NCBI GenBank assembly: GCA_964016885.1
Contig: OZ024743.1
Location: 175,894,001 to 175,958,000 of the forward strand
Length of the DNA stretch: 64,000 bases
Source of the DNA: Eledone cirrhosa
Lineage: Eukaryota
Direction of reading: 5' to 3'
Shown piece by piece: positions 1-14,930 of the stretch (its first letter is position 1; every line of letters begins with the position of its first letter). The translations under genes and the position numbers were made by a program. The notes beneath the pieces are model-generated. The model saw only the letters and a program-made list of their open reading frames with translations, did no database searches and was not told the origin of the DNA.

Positions 1-68
1 ATACAACCCTCATCAACTCAAATGAAGAGATCCTACAGGAACTCAAGAAAATCAACACCAACCTATCT

Positions 69-992
69 TTGCTGGTCGACAAACTTGACTCCACAAATAA
101 GGAAACTGCCACCGGATACAAACCCTCCGAAATCGGCGACAAACTCCAAAACCTTTGCGATACTATCCAAACTATGTTCACTGCTACCAACCCAGGAAAA
201 ACCAACGAAGAACCATGTGAGATTGATTCACACAAAATGAAAATTCGAACAATTCCAAAATGGAACAAATCCCTCAGAGACAGAAAGTTCTCATTCTGGA
301 AGATGATACAAAATCACAACAAAGCAGAGATATATGAAAAATGGCTTAACTCAACCCCTCTAACTCTCCCCCGTAAACTACAAATAAAGTCCATTCCAAA
401 TGAACCCGAACCTCAAAGACACCTTAGGGAAAGAATGGCATTGGAAAAAATGAAGACAGAAATTGAACTTCTTAAACTGAGGGCCCAGACAAATGAGGAA
501 AAAATCAAAACCATCGATGAAGAGATCCTCCTGGAAATCAACAACAAAACTGAAGGCCCCAAGGTAGAGAAGATCTCTAAATTATGGAAAGGGGACTGCA
601 ACAGAGAAGAACTGAAATCCCTTCAACGCTGGGAAAAAAGTGCCGCTTGGTTCCTACACTATGAATCGACTTTTCAAACGGATTACACCTCCAATAACCC
701 GTTCATAAAAATAGGAAAACCCATAACTGAACCGCACAACAACTTCTCAAACCCCCAAGCCTCAAACAAACGAAGAAGGAAGCACCACACCGAAGATGAA
801 CTTCCCAACCTCGCTACCATAAGAAGGAACAAAAACCCAAGAAATCATCTCCCCCAGAATGACATTTACAACATTCCCCCTTCAAGGAGACACCATACCA
901 AATCACTCAACTACTACGCGGATTCCTCATCGTCAAACATTGAAACTACAACCACCAACCCGAACCACATTTTACAACAACAAGGAATATAA
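69..992 (+). pseudogene. N-terminal (non-RT) coding region of the Neptune-type PLE
   Basis: 307-aa basic, coiled-coil-like ORF immediately upstream of the PLE RT, with the same A/C-rich strand bias. Confidence 0.6.
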
Positions 993-1325
993 CAAACACA
1001 GGAGACCACTTAACATCAGCAGACAACCCCTCTACCGCTTGGTTCCTACACTATGAATCGACTTTTCAAACGGATTACACCTCCAATAACCCGTTCATAA
1101 AAATAGGAGACCACTTAACATCAGCAGACAACCCCTCTACCCCAACCATTTTTTAGACACAGCACACAGATACAGGCAAACAAAATAACACAAGACAGGG
1201 AGGAGAAACCGATAATAATAAAAATTATCAATCTTACTAGTGCAGAACCAACACCCAACCTTATCAACTTACTCTCCAAAGGTCTTAAATTCACACCGAC
1301 CCCACTACGTCCTAACTACTATGAA

Positions 1326-3467
1326 ATGAAGGAAGACATCACAGACTTCTGTAGAAAGTTACGACTTAGTGAACAACTATTCGACCAGTACAATGAGGAT
1401 GAATCATTAGCCAGAAATAGAAGCAATTACACCCCTTCAAAAGGTAGAAATAAAATCCTGGACGAATTCTGTGAACACATCACAAACTTCCCTTACCAAC
1501 ACTTGCACAGACAAAAACACAAGCCAAACCTCAACAAGAAAGAATGGGAAGAATTAAATAGATTAAAAACCGACAGAACCATTACAATTAAAGAGGCTGA
1601 TAAAGGGAGTACAGTAGTCCTAATGGAGACAGAATTCTATATCAACTTAGCGCTCTCCACTTTGGAAAACGAAACATACTACGAAAAGGCTGAACACTAC
1701 AATCAACAGAAAATTATGAGAAACCTAAAAACTCTAATCAACCAATACAAAGAAGGACTCACTAACAAAGAATTCAGCTTCATCACAGACTTCACAAGTA
1801 AATCCAGCCTTTTCTACGGTATCCCTAAAGTACATAAAAGCGAATCAATCAGTAAGGCATGCAAGGAAGCCACAGACATAGTCATCAATGTCCTCTCACC
1901 CAATGATCTCAAATTAAGACCTATAATAGCAGGCCCCGCTTGAGAAACGCACCGTCTTAGCAACTTCATTGATACCCTTCTCAAACCCTTCCTCAAGCAC
2001 ATCAAAAGCTATATAAGGGACGACCTAGATATGCTCAATCACCTCCCTAATATGCCACTTTCTGAACAAACCCTACTAGTGACGTTCGATGTAGTCAACC
2101 TATACTCCAACATCCCCCACAACCTAGGAATAGAAGCTATCCAATTCTGGCTGGATAATTTCCACAATGAACTCCCACAACGCATCAAAAAAGAATTCGT
2201 GATAGAGGGACTCAAATTTATCTTGGAGAACAATTACTTCGTTTTCAATAACAAACCCTACAGGCAGAAATCTGGGACCGCTATGGGAACGAAAACAGCC
2301 CCTACTTATGCCAACCTAGTCATGGGATACCTGGAAATCACCCTCTACACTAAAGTCCTAAACAAATTTGGAAACACCCTCCACTTACATATTGGAACTG
2401 GAAGCGATATCTAGATGACTGCTTCATCCTTTGGCACGAAAACATCGAAAAACTTAAAGAATTTCACACCCTTATAAATGGGCTCAACACAAATATTAAC
2501 TTCACGATGGAATACAGCCATCAACAACTCCCCTTCCTCGACATCCTCATTAAGATCCATAACAAAAAAATAGAAACAGACATATACTACAAGCCCACAG
2601 ACTCCAAGCAATATCTCCCCTTCAACTCTTGCCACCCTAGACACGTTAAAATTAATATTCCCTACAACTTAGCCAAGAGAATCTGTACTATAGTCTCCAA
2701 TAAAAACATCTGCTACTTACGGCTACAAGAACTAAAGGACACACTCATAGGCAGGGACTACCCTGCATCACTAATTGACAATGGAATCCAACGTGCCCTA
2801 AAACTCAGTACCCAGGACTTTAGACACCCTAAAGTAAATCAACCAAAACTAAAAGCTCTTCCATACATCTCCACACACAACCACTCAACAATGAGGCCTT
2901 TGACACCATCCTCCAGAACATCCCTGTATTGAAAAAGGACCATAGAATGAACCAAATTCTACGAACACACGATATCATAAAGAGCAAAAGACAATCCAAG
3001 TCAATGAAAAACATCTTAACACATGCCAAAGTACTGCCAACCACAACAACGAAACCCACAGTAAAAAAATGCGATAGACCCAACTGTGGCATTTGCATCA
3101 ACCTAATAGAGGGTTCGGAATTCTATTTCAAAGATGGACAACGTTTTATAGTAAAACACAATTTCACATGTGCATCGGAAAATCTATATATGTATTAACT
3201 TGTTCAAGTTGTCGAGAACAATACATAGGCCAGACCAAAAACAGCCTCCGCCAACGCATGACTGTCCATAGATCCCAAATTAAAATACGGGAATACAGGA
3301 AAATACCACTGAGTGAACACATTGATACCTGTGCCGCTCAAAATCATCCCAACTTCAGAATCTTTCCCCTCTACAAATTTAAAGATAATGCCACCCACAC
3401 CCAGCGCATCAGCAAGGAATCTTACTTCATTAACAAATACGGACCCCGTCTAAACACTTCTCCCTAA
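1326..3467 (+). pseudogene. PLE reverse transcriptase + GIY-YIG endonuclease, broken by one in-frame TGA (1941-1943) and about three frameshifts
   Basis: ORFs 1326-1943 and 2031-2414 share a frame. Frame changes occur near 2390, 2885 and 3185. The YLDD catalytic motif and GIY-YIG motif are present. Confidence 0.9.
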
Positions 3468-3941
3468 GACGAACCCACAACATACACACGTCAACATACA
3501 TACCTACATCAGCACACATCTCTACCCACATATAAACACAATGACACACGTAAACACACATGCTCTATGGTGCAGTACAAAAAAATATATGTGCATATAT
3601 ATGTATGTATATATGTATATATATATATATATATGTAGTGAATATATGTATGTGTGTATATATATATAGTGAATATCATTTCACACCTTTTATTGTTAAG
3701 ATTTTTGATGTTCTATTAAGAGAACCGATTTTACTGGAAAAATCGAATAATGAACACCATTTTACCAGAGGGAAAAAAATACTGGTCCACCCACACACAC
3801 ACACACACACATATATACACAAACACATACACACGCGTACATCAACATACAAAGAGACTTATACACACACACACACACACAGGCACTTCTCCGTATAAGA
3901 CAAAAGCTGAAAAATATCTTTTGACCTTCGAATGACTCTGC

Positions 3942-4012
<71 letters not shown>

Positions 4013-4471
4013 ATCTTAATAGCCATTTGACACACATCGCTGCTGGCCATTGTCGCAGCATCGAACACCTTACTACTACTACTACACACACACACACGCA
4101 CACACATATACACACACACACACATACACACACACACACATACACACACACACATATTTATTGTGAAAGAGTCATTTCTCAATCTCGGCGCAAAACCAAT
4201 TTTTTATCCACATGACCTCTACCGACCAATCAAAATTGTTTTGACCAAGAATTTTTGCTGGAGCCACTTTTTTAACATAAAAACAGTCTTGGCGCAAAAT
4301 CAACTTTTCACATTCACATGACCTCTACCGACCAATCAAAATTGTTTTGACCACAAGCATTTTTGCAACACAAAAATAACGCTGGAGCCACTTTTTTAAC
4401 ATAAAAACAGGTAGAAATCCCAAAACTAATCAGATCAGAGCAAACAGCACGGACACTCTATCTCAAAATTA

Positions 4472-4508
4472 TTTTTGAAAAGCATTTAGAAATGCGCAAC
4501 CGGTAAAA
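4472..4508 (+). ncRNA. Hammerhead ribozyme motif, U3-A8 core, in the Neptune 3' tail (GAA mutated to GCA)
   Basis: ttt TTGAAAA GCATTT ag AAATGC GCA ACCGGT A aaa: helix II gcattt/aaatgc, palindromic helix III accggt, GUA site. Confidence 0.55.
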
Positions 4509-4627
4509 ACTTAAAAACTTAAAACCACAACTGAATACTAACCCATACAATCACTAATACTCTTTTATTCCTAATTAAACCATTTTTCAACTGTGAACAA
4601 TTTGTCAGCATTTTCTATTCCGTTTAC

Positions 4628-4658
<31 letters not shown>

Positions 4659-4660
<2 letters not shown>

Positions 4661-4850
4661 GGAAAATGTTAGACCCCGACGGTAGAGCTCAAGCCGTTTC
4701 GACAGCTATTTCAGTCCAGAAATAACCGCCGAAACGGCTTGAGCTCTGCCGTCGGGGTCTAACATTTTCCTATTACCCACTCTACTACCCTAAGTATTGA
4801 GTACTCTGGTGCGTTATGGTCCATCTGGTTCCTTACCACACCTCCTTGGT
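4659..4850. mobile_element. Short fold-back PLE-tail element (family A) inserted in (TA)n
   Basis: Arms ggaaaatgttagaccccgacggtagagctcaagccgtttcg / cgaaacggcttgagctctgccgtcggggtctaacattttcc. Related copies at 16741-17010 and 44727-44930, fragments at 31981-32030 and 44245-44281. Confidence 0.75.
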
Positions 4851-4872
4851 TATATATATATATATATATATA

Positions 4873-5765
4873 TATTGTTATACTTGGGGAGTGTCATGTT
4901 GTTGTAAAAATATTGTCAGAATTAATAACAGAAGACACTCACTGTCTGGTAGACATAAGATGTACAGAGGGTACTTGCAGAAACATGAGAACAACATACA
5001 TAGGCGAGACAGCTCGTATCATAGGTGAAAGCAGAGACCAACACTGGGGGGAACTAAAAATACGAAAAAACGGTTCAGTACTATACGAACACGCCAGACA
5101 ACAACATGACGGTAACATAGTCAACATAGAAATTAAAATAATATCTAAACATAGAAATGATCCAGCAGATAGGCAAATCAGAGAGGAAAGTGAAATAGAA
5201 CTTGGAAGGCCAAATCTAAACAAAAAAAATGAATGGAATAACAACACCCAAACAAACAATACTGACTTAAGAGAAATATAAATAAATAAATAAATGAATA
5301 AATACACAAGCACAATAACAACAAACACATATAAGCACACACTAGTAAACTAAGATAGAATACAATACCAAAACACAGTTACCCAAACGCGAACACACAC
5401 CAAACACTATACACACACGCAAACGCATGCGCAGAGAAGAAGACAAAAATAAATAAATAAATAAATAAATAAACAGATTAAATAAAGATGGCGTAAATAT
5501 ACAATACAACAGGAGGAACATAATAGCACCACTGACGATGTTGCAGATGTGCAACGAAAGAACTTTGTTAGACTATATATATGTGTTTGTGTCTATATTG
5601 TATCTGTATTTTTGACCGTTGGTCAGTCAATGGAAAACATTGAGGACCAAATCAATTAACTGATACAAAAGATACAGAAGCGAAAACCAGCCAAACAGTG
5701 AGTGTGTTCTGTTATTAATTCTGGCAATATTATTACAATATGACCCTCCCCAAGTATAACAATAT
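4873..5765 (+). mobile_element. 5'-truncated PLE 3' end (GIY-YIG fragment) with an inverted terminal copy, flanked by (TA)n
   Basis: ORF 4913-5281 contains TYIGETARIIGE..DQH..SVLYEHARQQH..RQIREE..I..RPNLNKKNEW. 4873-4948 is the inverted copy of ~5686-5764. HHR-like CTGACGA..gttgca/tgcaac..GAAA at 5532-5559. Confidence 0.8.
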
Positions 5766-5807
5766 TTGTTTCGACACACGATCTCATATCAAAAACCTCA
5801 CGAAACA

Positions 5808-5921
<114 letters not shown>

Positions 5922-5994
5922 CTATCCAGTGAGTTTCCAACCGATAAGGTATGATCTTCAAGTGTATGTCTCTATTTATAAAACAAACTTCGTA

Positions 5995-6053
5995 TTTTAT
6001 CTAATGAAAGGGTACCAATGTGTGTTGGTACCCTTGAAATATATATAAAAAAA
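5995..6053 (+). ncRNA. Degenerate hammerhead motif (family B, core CTAATGA, G5 mutated)
   Basis: ttttat CTAATGA AAGGGTACCAA..TTGGTACCCTT GAA ATATATAT A; homologous to the intact copy at 46973. Confidence 0.5.
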
Positions 6054-6095
6054 TAAATATGGTTTTATAAATATAGTTTCCATTTATTTAATATT

Positions 6096-6162
<67 letters not shown>

Positions 6163-6249
6163 CGTTGACAAATATATCAATATGCCCAGACATGCAGATA
6201 TATTGCCCTTGGTATGTCAGTGTGGTCTTAGCTCAATGTAGGATAACTA

Positions 6250-7355
6250 GTTATAGGAATAACCAAAGAGTACTTAGAAATACATTGTTTTATTAGCTAA
6301 CAGTGTTTCATCCATCCACCATGGCAGGAATCATCAGAGCTTATAAACATGAGTATATCAGTAGTTGCATGCTCCATCGAGGTTCGTCACCAGAACAAGG
6401 TTAAAGGAGCAGCAGAGGGGTCCCGAGGCCAGCGCTATATGGAAAAATGTCATAAAATGTCTAAAAAATTAAAAAATTAAAAAATTAAAAAATTAAAAAT
6501 TAAAAATTAAAAATTAAAACCTAAAAATTAAAAATTAAAAATTAAAAATTAAAAATTAAAAATTAAAAATTAAAAATTAAAAATTAAAAATTAAAAATTA
6601 AAAATTAAAAATTAAAAATTAAAAATTAAAAATTAAAAATCAAAAATTAAAAATTAAAAATTAAAAATTAAAAATTAGACCAAAAACGTTATCACTTAAA
6701 TGGTGCAATAGATTATAAAGAGGTTGGGAGAGGGTAGTAAGGGAAGAGTGAGGGTATTACTCAGCATGATCAGAAACAATAATAAAATAATAAAAAAAAT
6801 AAAAAAGTGAAAAAATACAGGGATAATAAAAGAGATAAATATAAAAATACAAAACAATAAAGGAACAAAAAGCCCGGAGACCCTAAAGAAATATAAAACA
6901 AAGCAAAGCCTACATGCATCAAAGCACAAGCAGCGCAAAAAGAGGGTGTACTTTTGCACTTTTTTATTTTTTTATTATTTTCTTATTGTTTCTGATCATG
7001 CTGAGTAATACCCTCACTCATCCCTTGCTACCCTCTCCCAACCTCTTTATCATCTATTGCACCATTTAAGTGATAAACTTTTTGGTGTAATTTTTAATTT
7101 TTAATTTATAAATTTTTAAGACATTTTATGACATTATGTGCATCATGTATTCTCCCTTTTTCCATATAGCGCTGGCCTCGGGACCCCCCTGCTGCCCCTT
7201 CAACCTTGTTCTGGTAATGCAGCCCGATGGAGCATGCAACTACTGATATACTCATGTTTATAAGCTCTGATGATTCCTGCCATGGTGTATGGATGAAACA
7301 CTGTTAGCTAATAAAACAATGTATTTCTAAGTACTCTTTGGTTATTCCTATAACT
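6250..7355. mobile_element. Fold-back PLE-tail element (~1.1 kb) in (TA)n with internal (AAAAATT)n expansion
   Basis: 6250-6470 is inverted with ~7095-7355 and 6680-6800 is inverted with 6960-7090. HHR motifs lie in both arms. Confidence 0.8.
7263..7309 (+). ncRNA. Minimal type I hammerhead motif followed by AATAAA; inverted copy at 6295-6341 (-)
   Basis: agct CTGATGA ttcc...ggat GAA ACA c TGT T agct AATAAA; helix II pairing is weak. Confidence 0.6.
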
Positions 7356-7405
7356 ATATATATATATATATATGAAAAGTGTAATTTTCTACACAAAACG
7401 AACGA

Positions 7406-9361
<1,956 letters not shown>

Positions 9362-9647
9362 TTCCATACTCTATCTCTCTTCCGCTGTACTTTACTTTCA
9401 TCATTTCCTTTAGAATGCTATCTTCTACTGACCTCGTTAGTTTTTCTTATTTCCTGACTCCATCTTTACATCTGTTCAACAGTTTAACTTGCACTCTCTT
9501 TAGATTACAAGACTATTAGTGTCAGTGTATTTGCACACACACACTTACACACACACACACACACACACACACCACACACACATATATACATATATGAACG
9601 TGTATTTTGTAAGCCTTCAGCGATGAATTTTGGAAACTGATGACGTA

Positions 9648-9661
9648 GCGCCATCTAGCGG
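9648..9661 (-). promoter_or_regulatory. Candidate CTCF-binding core motif
   Basis: Reverse complement CCGCTAGATGGCGC closely matches the CTCF core consensus; it lies in a short unique island between microsatellites. Confidence 0.4.
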
Positions 9662-10013
9662 ATTCCAGCAGAAGCAAGCGTGATTATATATATATATATA
9701 TATATATATCGTGTATCCAATGACAGAGAAATAATTTTTAGTATTATAGACCTAATTAATATACATTTTGGAAATATATTTATTATTTGGTTTTAGTTTT
9801 AATCAACCTAAAAATTTTAATTTTAATTTGCTTAAAATTAGTATCCTTATACAGACGAATTGCAGAATGTCATGTAATCATAGAATGGGATGTGTTTTGG
9901 ATATATACCTAGTTAATATATTCTGTGCAATTTTTTGAAAAAGATATGTATATGTATATGTGTATGTGTATGTGTGTGTGTGTATGTGTATCTGTATGTA
10001 TGTATATATGTGT

Positions 10014-10059
<46 letters not shown>

Positions 10060-10799
10060 ATATGTATGTATATGTGTATGTGTATGTATATGTATATGTA
10101 TACGTATTAATTTTGATTTCTATTTGCATATAATTATATTATGCTATTGATGAAATACAATATCTGCTTTATGTATTGTATACTTAATTAACATATACTA
10201 ATTAACATATACTATTGAAATAAATATATAATTTTTAATTTAGTTAACATATAATTTATATGCTACTACCGATGTAATACTTTATTTTATTTTTATTTGG
10301 GTTTCTTTTCCCTATTACTAAATTCATTTCCTAATATTGATACCATAACGTTATTAACTTTAATTTAGTTATACTGTAATTAATAATCTACTACTGTTTG
10401 ACTTCAAAATTCTGCTTCAAATATTATAAACCTAACTAATTTACACCTTAGAAATCAATATGTTGACTATCTTTGGTTTAGTTAACATATGATTAATGGT
10501 ATACTTATTTATTTTGAGATGCATAGATTTTGCCTTAGTTCTTGTTTGTCGTATTTCCTAGCACTGAAAATATGTAAGAACATACATTGAATAAAGATAC
10601 GGAAAATAGTATATGTTTCTTGAAACATATATTTACTTTGATCCCCTTCTCCAAACCCCCCCTTTCCCCCATACTATTATCATCTGTATTTGTAAGCGTC
10701 TATGTATGAATATATATGTAGGTAGGTGTCTATATAGGTTTGGGTATTTATATCTAAATATAAAAATACATATATGCGCATGCAAATATGAATGTAAGA

Positions 10800-11190
10800 T
10801 TGCGTGTGTATATATGAGTGTACATATGTATGTATATATATGTATATATATGCATTATATATGTATGTGTATGTGAATGTGTTGTATGTATATGTGTATG
10901 TATGTGTATATATGTGTATGTATGTGTATGCTTGTATATATAGGAATATATATATGTGTATATATATATGTATATGTATATGCGTGTGTATGTATGTATG
11001 TGTATGTGTGTTGTATATATATGTATGTCTCTCTATTTATATGTTTATCTTCGTATCTATGTGATATATGTGTGTGTGTGTGCACGTATGCATATGTATG
11101 TGTTTGTGTGTGCTTGTATGTGTGTGTGTATATATGTGTATGTGCGCACACACACATACACATATATATATGTGAGTGTGTATATGTGTC

Positions 11191-11242
<52 letters not shown>

Positions 11243-11527
11243 GATATATATATATATATATAGGTGTCTATGTGTGAATATATGTCTTTATTCGTATGTG
11301 TGTATTTATGTATGTATATGTTTATGTGTATGTATGTATGTGTATGTATGTATGTATATATATATATATATATATGTATATGTATATATATATTGTATAT
11401 TATTCTTTATTATTATAATATAACTTATGTGTATATGTGTATAAGTGAGGTTGTGTATGTGTATATAATATGTGTATATATAAGTGTAAAAAAATATATA
11501 TATATATATGTGCATGTCTGTTTTTTA

Positions 11528-11572
<45 letters not shown>

Positions 11573-11691
11573 GTGTGTATATATATATATATATATATAT
11601 ATGTGGGTGTTTGTATGTGTATTTATGGTGGTATGAGTGTGTGGATATATATGTTTATATATATATATATATATATATATGTATGAGTGTA

Positions 11692-11734
<43 letters not shown>

Positions 11735-12037
11735 ATATATATGTATATATATATATGTGTATGTATGTGTGTATATATATATATCTCTATTAATGCGTGT
11801 GTGTATGTATATACATATGCCTTTTTATTATTATTTTTATTTGTATGTCTGAGTTAGGTGAGGTTGTAGTGTTTTTTATATATACGCATATATGGAAGCG
11901 TATGTATTTATATATATGAGTATAAGTAGGTGCATATGTATGTATGATTATATATCTAATTCTATGTATGAATGTACATCTCTATATATATATATATGTG
12001 TGTATGTAAGTTGTGTGTGTATGTATCTATATGTCTA

Positions 12038-12084
<47 letters not shown>

Positions 12085-12163
12085 CGATGTGCGTATATGT
12101 ATGTACATGTATGTACATGTATGTGTGTATGTATGTGTATGTATATTTAGATGTATGTGTATG

Positions 12164-12206
<43 letters not shown>

Positions 12207-12450
12207 ATATATATATGGATATATATCTTTATTATTTATTTTTTATATATATGTGTATGTGTGTATGTGTTGCGTGTGTGTGTGTGTGTGTATATATATA
12301 TCTTTATATATGTGTATGTGTATGTTCGTGTAAGTGTATGTGTGTGTATGACTGTATATGTATGTGTGTATGTGTGTATGCGTAAATATTTCTATGTGCG
12401 CGTACATGTATGTATGTGTATATATCTGTATGTGTATGTATATTATATTA
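10800..12450. repeat. Compound (TA)n/(TG)n microsatellite region
   Basis: Direct inspection; the ORFs here are dinucleotide translations. Confidence 0.95.
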
Positions 12451-13375
12451 TATTTATTATATTTTATTGTTTTATTTTTTTATTTTTATTTTATTTTTCT
12501 TAATTTATAGATACATTTATATTAGGCAGTCTGCTCAGACAATTGAATACTGACCCCTCCCCCCCCTCCCACCTAATTTCTGTATCTTGATCTTGAAATG
12601 TGTGTGCCAGTGTTTTATGTGAGTGATTTAATATCCATGTGCTTTTGATTTTATATCCACATATATAAATGTGAGTGGGGGTGTGTGTGTGTTTGTATGT
12701 TCGTGGTTATGTGTATATTTATGCATATACGCGCGTGTATGTGTGATTGTACTGATATGTGTGAGTATGAAAAAATATATTTATATGCTTGACTCCATAA
12801 GTATCAATGCGCATCTTATCAGCGCATTTTAAGCTTACAGAGATTTTAACCTTGAAATTTTGTGTTTGCATCCATCTTTTTAGTATGCGTATACAAGTTA
12901 TACATACATTTTTGTAAAATATGTGTAAGGATTTTACATGTATATACACACACCGAACTGCTTTTAACCCTTTGTGTTTTCATTGGTCAATTTTGAACTG
13001 AAATTTTGAATTGTTGTTATTATCAATAAATATACTTCATTATTTCTGAAGACGGCGTATATATGTGTTTGGTATGTATATTTAATCTTGATAATTTGTA
13101 TAATCTTGTATAATTTTGTACATAGATCTGTTGAATATGCATACCAATTATAACACATATATACCCTAGAAACGATCGTTAAATAATGAACTTTTTTTGT
13201 TTAATATAAGGAATTGTTTATTCATTATTTGTTTAATATTTTATCTTGACTCTGTATACCGTTTATCTTTCACCGAAAGTGGTTTTTCATTACATCTCTT
13301 CTTTCCATGATATCCGGAATACATTGAGTTCTTCATACGGATTGGACACTACCGTAAACTCTTGGTAGATTTATC

Positions 13376-13414
<39 letters not shown>

Positions 13415-13418
<4 letters not shown>

Positions 13419-14129
13419 AGATTTGAATGGATACAGTTTAGTTGAAAGGAATTTATTGACACGTGTTTCTATAACAGTTACATAACCTAAAACAGCTATC
13501 TACAAACTTTTAGTTATGCAGACATTCAATATTTCAATGTTATTATTTACTGTCATTTCATCAGAATAATATTACTGAGGACCTATTTAGTTTTTATAGA
13601 GAATATTAGGAGGGAGGGGTGAAGTTGTTAGAAGAATAGTTGAAGGAGTGGTTTTTCGATAGCAGTTAGAATTCTTGGTGGCAGTGAGTAATTAGATTCC
13701 CATCTGTTGTTTTGACATTTTTTATAGAATATATTATTGGTTATTTTTCTAAATCTATAGAAGGATTAGAGATAGTAAAGATATGCGTGGTTGGTTTTGT
13801 GTTTGCACTTAACATTCAGACTTAAATTTTTCTTTCAAGTGTACGTATTCTTTCACCCACGCATTCACACACAAATATATTTGCACACCTCTACAAAATA
13901 CATATACTCACAATTCACATATTCATACTTACATATATATACACATGCATACACATATATATACACACATGTATTCATGTACATACATACGCGCTCATGT
14001 GTATACATTTTCATACTCAACTTATCTTTATATATACACACGTATAGACACACACATATATACATACATACTCTAGTCCATGTGTACACACATACACATA
14101 CATACACATCCATATACACATACATACAT

Positions 14130-14226
<97 letters not shown>

Positions 14227-14930
14227 CACATATATACATACACACACACACATATATATATATATAAGCACTTTAATACATGAATACACTTACATCTAAC
14301 TATACACATCAAACATATATATATATTTACTTATTTATATACATTTTCACATATATATACATACTTATGGACGTTTTTATACACATTCATTATCGCATAT
14401 TTGTACCTATTCTCGTCAGCATATCTTTTCATTATTAGTATGGTAATTTAAGGTTATTAATATATGTTGAGAAGAGATTGTTTTTATATTTTTCTAACTA
14501 GATTAAGGTTTATATAGTTGGGGGATGTCCCTCTTTTATGTAATATTCTGCTTGTAGTGGGAAAAAAGGGTTTTAGTTCTGTGACGGCAGAATAATGTTC
14601 GTTCAATTCTGTTATTCAGCAGTTTCTTCTTGTGTGTGATTATGTAATAAATCTCAAGATTACACAATTTGCAGAAATTTTGGCTCCTGGAAAAGCTTTG
14701 GGTTTTAGCTAATTTTTCCCATTTTAGGGTAAACTTTTGATTGCTATCCCTGAGCGTCCAAGCTTTTTCTGCTAAAGTTGTTACATTTCTTTGGCTCTGG
14801 TGTTTTATTGAGTAAGAATGCCTATACAATCGAGATTTAAACGATGTTGCCGTTGATCCCACGTAATACCACTCGTTGCCTCCGGATTTAATGGTACACT
14901 TATAAATAATATTTTTTTCCAGGCAGTTAT
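13415..14930 (-). mobile_element. 5'-truncated PLE 3' end (GIY-YIG of Hydra-like type plus 3' tail with HHR)
   Basis: Minus strand reads CLEKNIIYKCTIKSGGNEWYYVGSTATSFKSRLYRH..TTLAEKAW.L....KWEKL..CKLCNLEIYYI (14536-14930). The downstream tail ends in (TA)n. Confidence 0.8.
13453..13569 (-). ncRNA. Type I hammerhead with canonical core and long helix II insert
   Basis: Reverse complement reads ttatt CTGATGA aATGACAGT ..long loop.. ACTGTTATa GAA ACACGTGT C aataa: 5-bp helix I, 8-bp helix II, palindromic helix III, GUC site, overlapping AATAAA. Confidence 0.7.

Larger units (their letters stand above)
1..4625 (+). mobile_element. Penelope-like retroelement, Neptune-type, near full-length but decayed (N-terminal region, RT, Cys-rich linker, GIY-YIG endonuclease, 3' tail/pLTR)
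   Basis: PLE RT motifs in sequence: LLSKGLKFTPTP, IKEADKGSTVVLM, FYGIPKVHK, LRPIIAGP, LVTFDVVNLYSNIP, QKSGTAMGTKTAPTYANLVMG, KRYLDDCF (~2402-2425), PFLDI, TDIYYKPTD, FNSCHPRH. These are followed by a CDRPNCGIC linker and a GIY-YIG domain (IYVLTC..C.EQYIGQT..LRQRM..H). A Cys-rich RT-EN linker is typical of the Neptune clade. The 5' end may lie outside the window. Confidence 0.9.

Noticed and set aside
1941-1943. In-frame TGA at a probable Cys position of the PLE RT, suggesting selenocysteine recoding as reported for some Naiad PLEs
   Set aside because: It is a single TGA in a copy that also has several frameshifts, other cysteines use normal codons, and I see no SECIS. A point mutation is the simpler explanation.
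13255-13295. Hammerhead-like string on the minus strand (gta ATGAAAA ACC..GGT GAAA..GTA tac)
   Set aside because: Positions 3 and 8 do not pair (A/A) and helix III cannot form.
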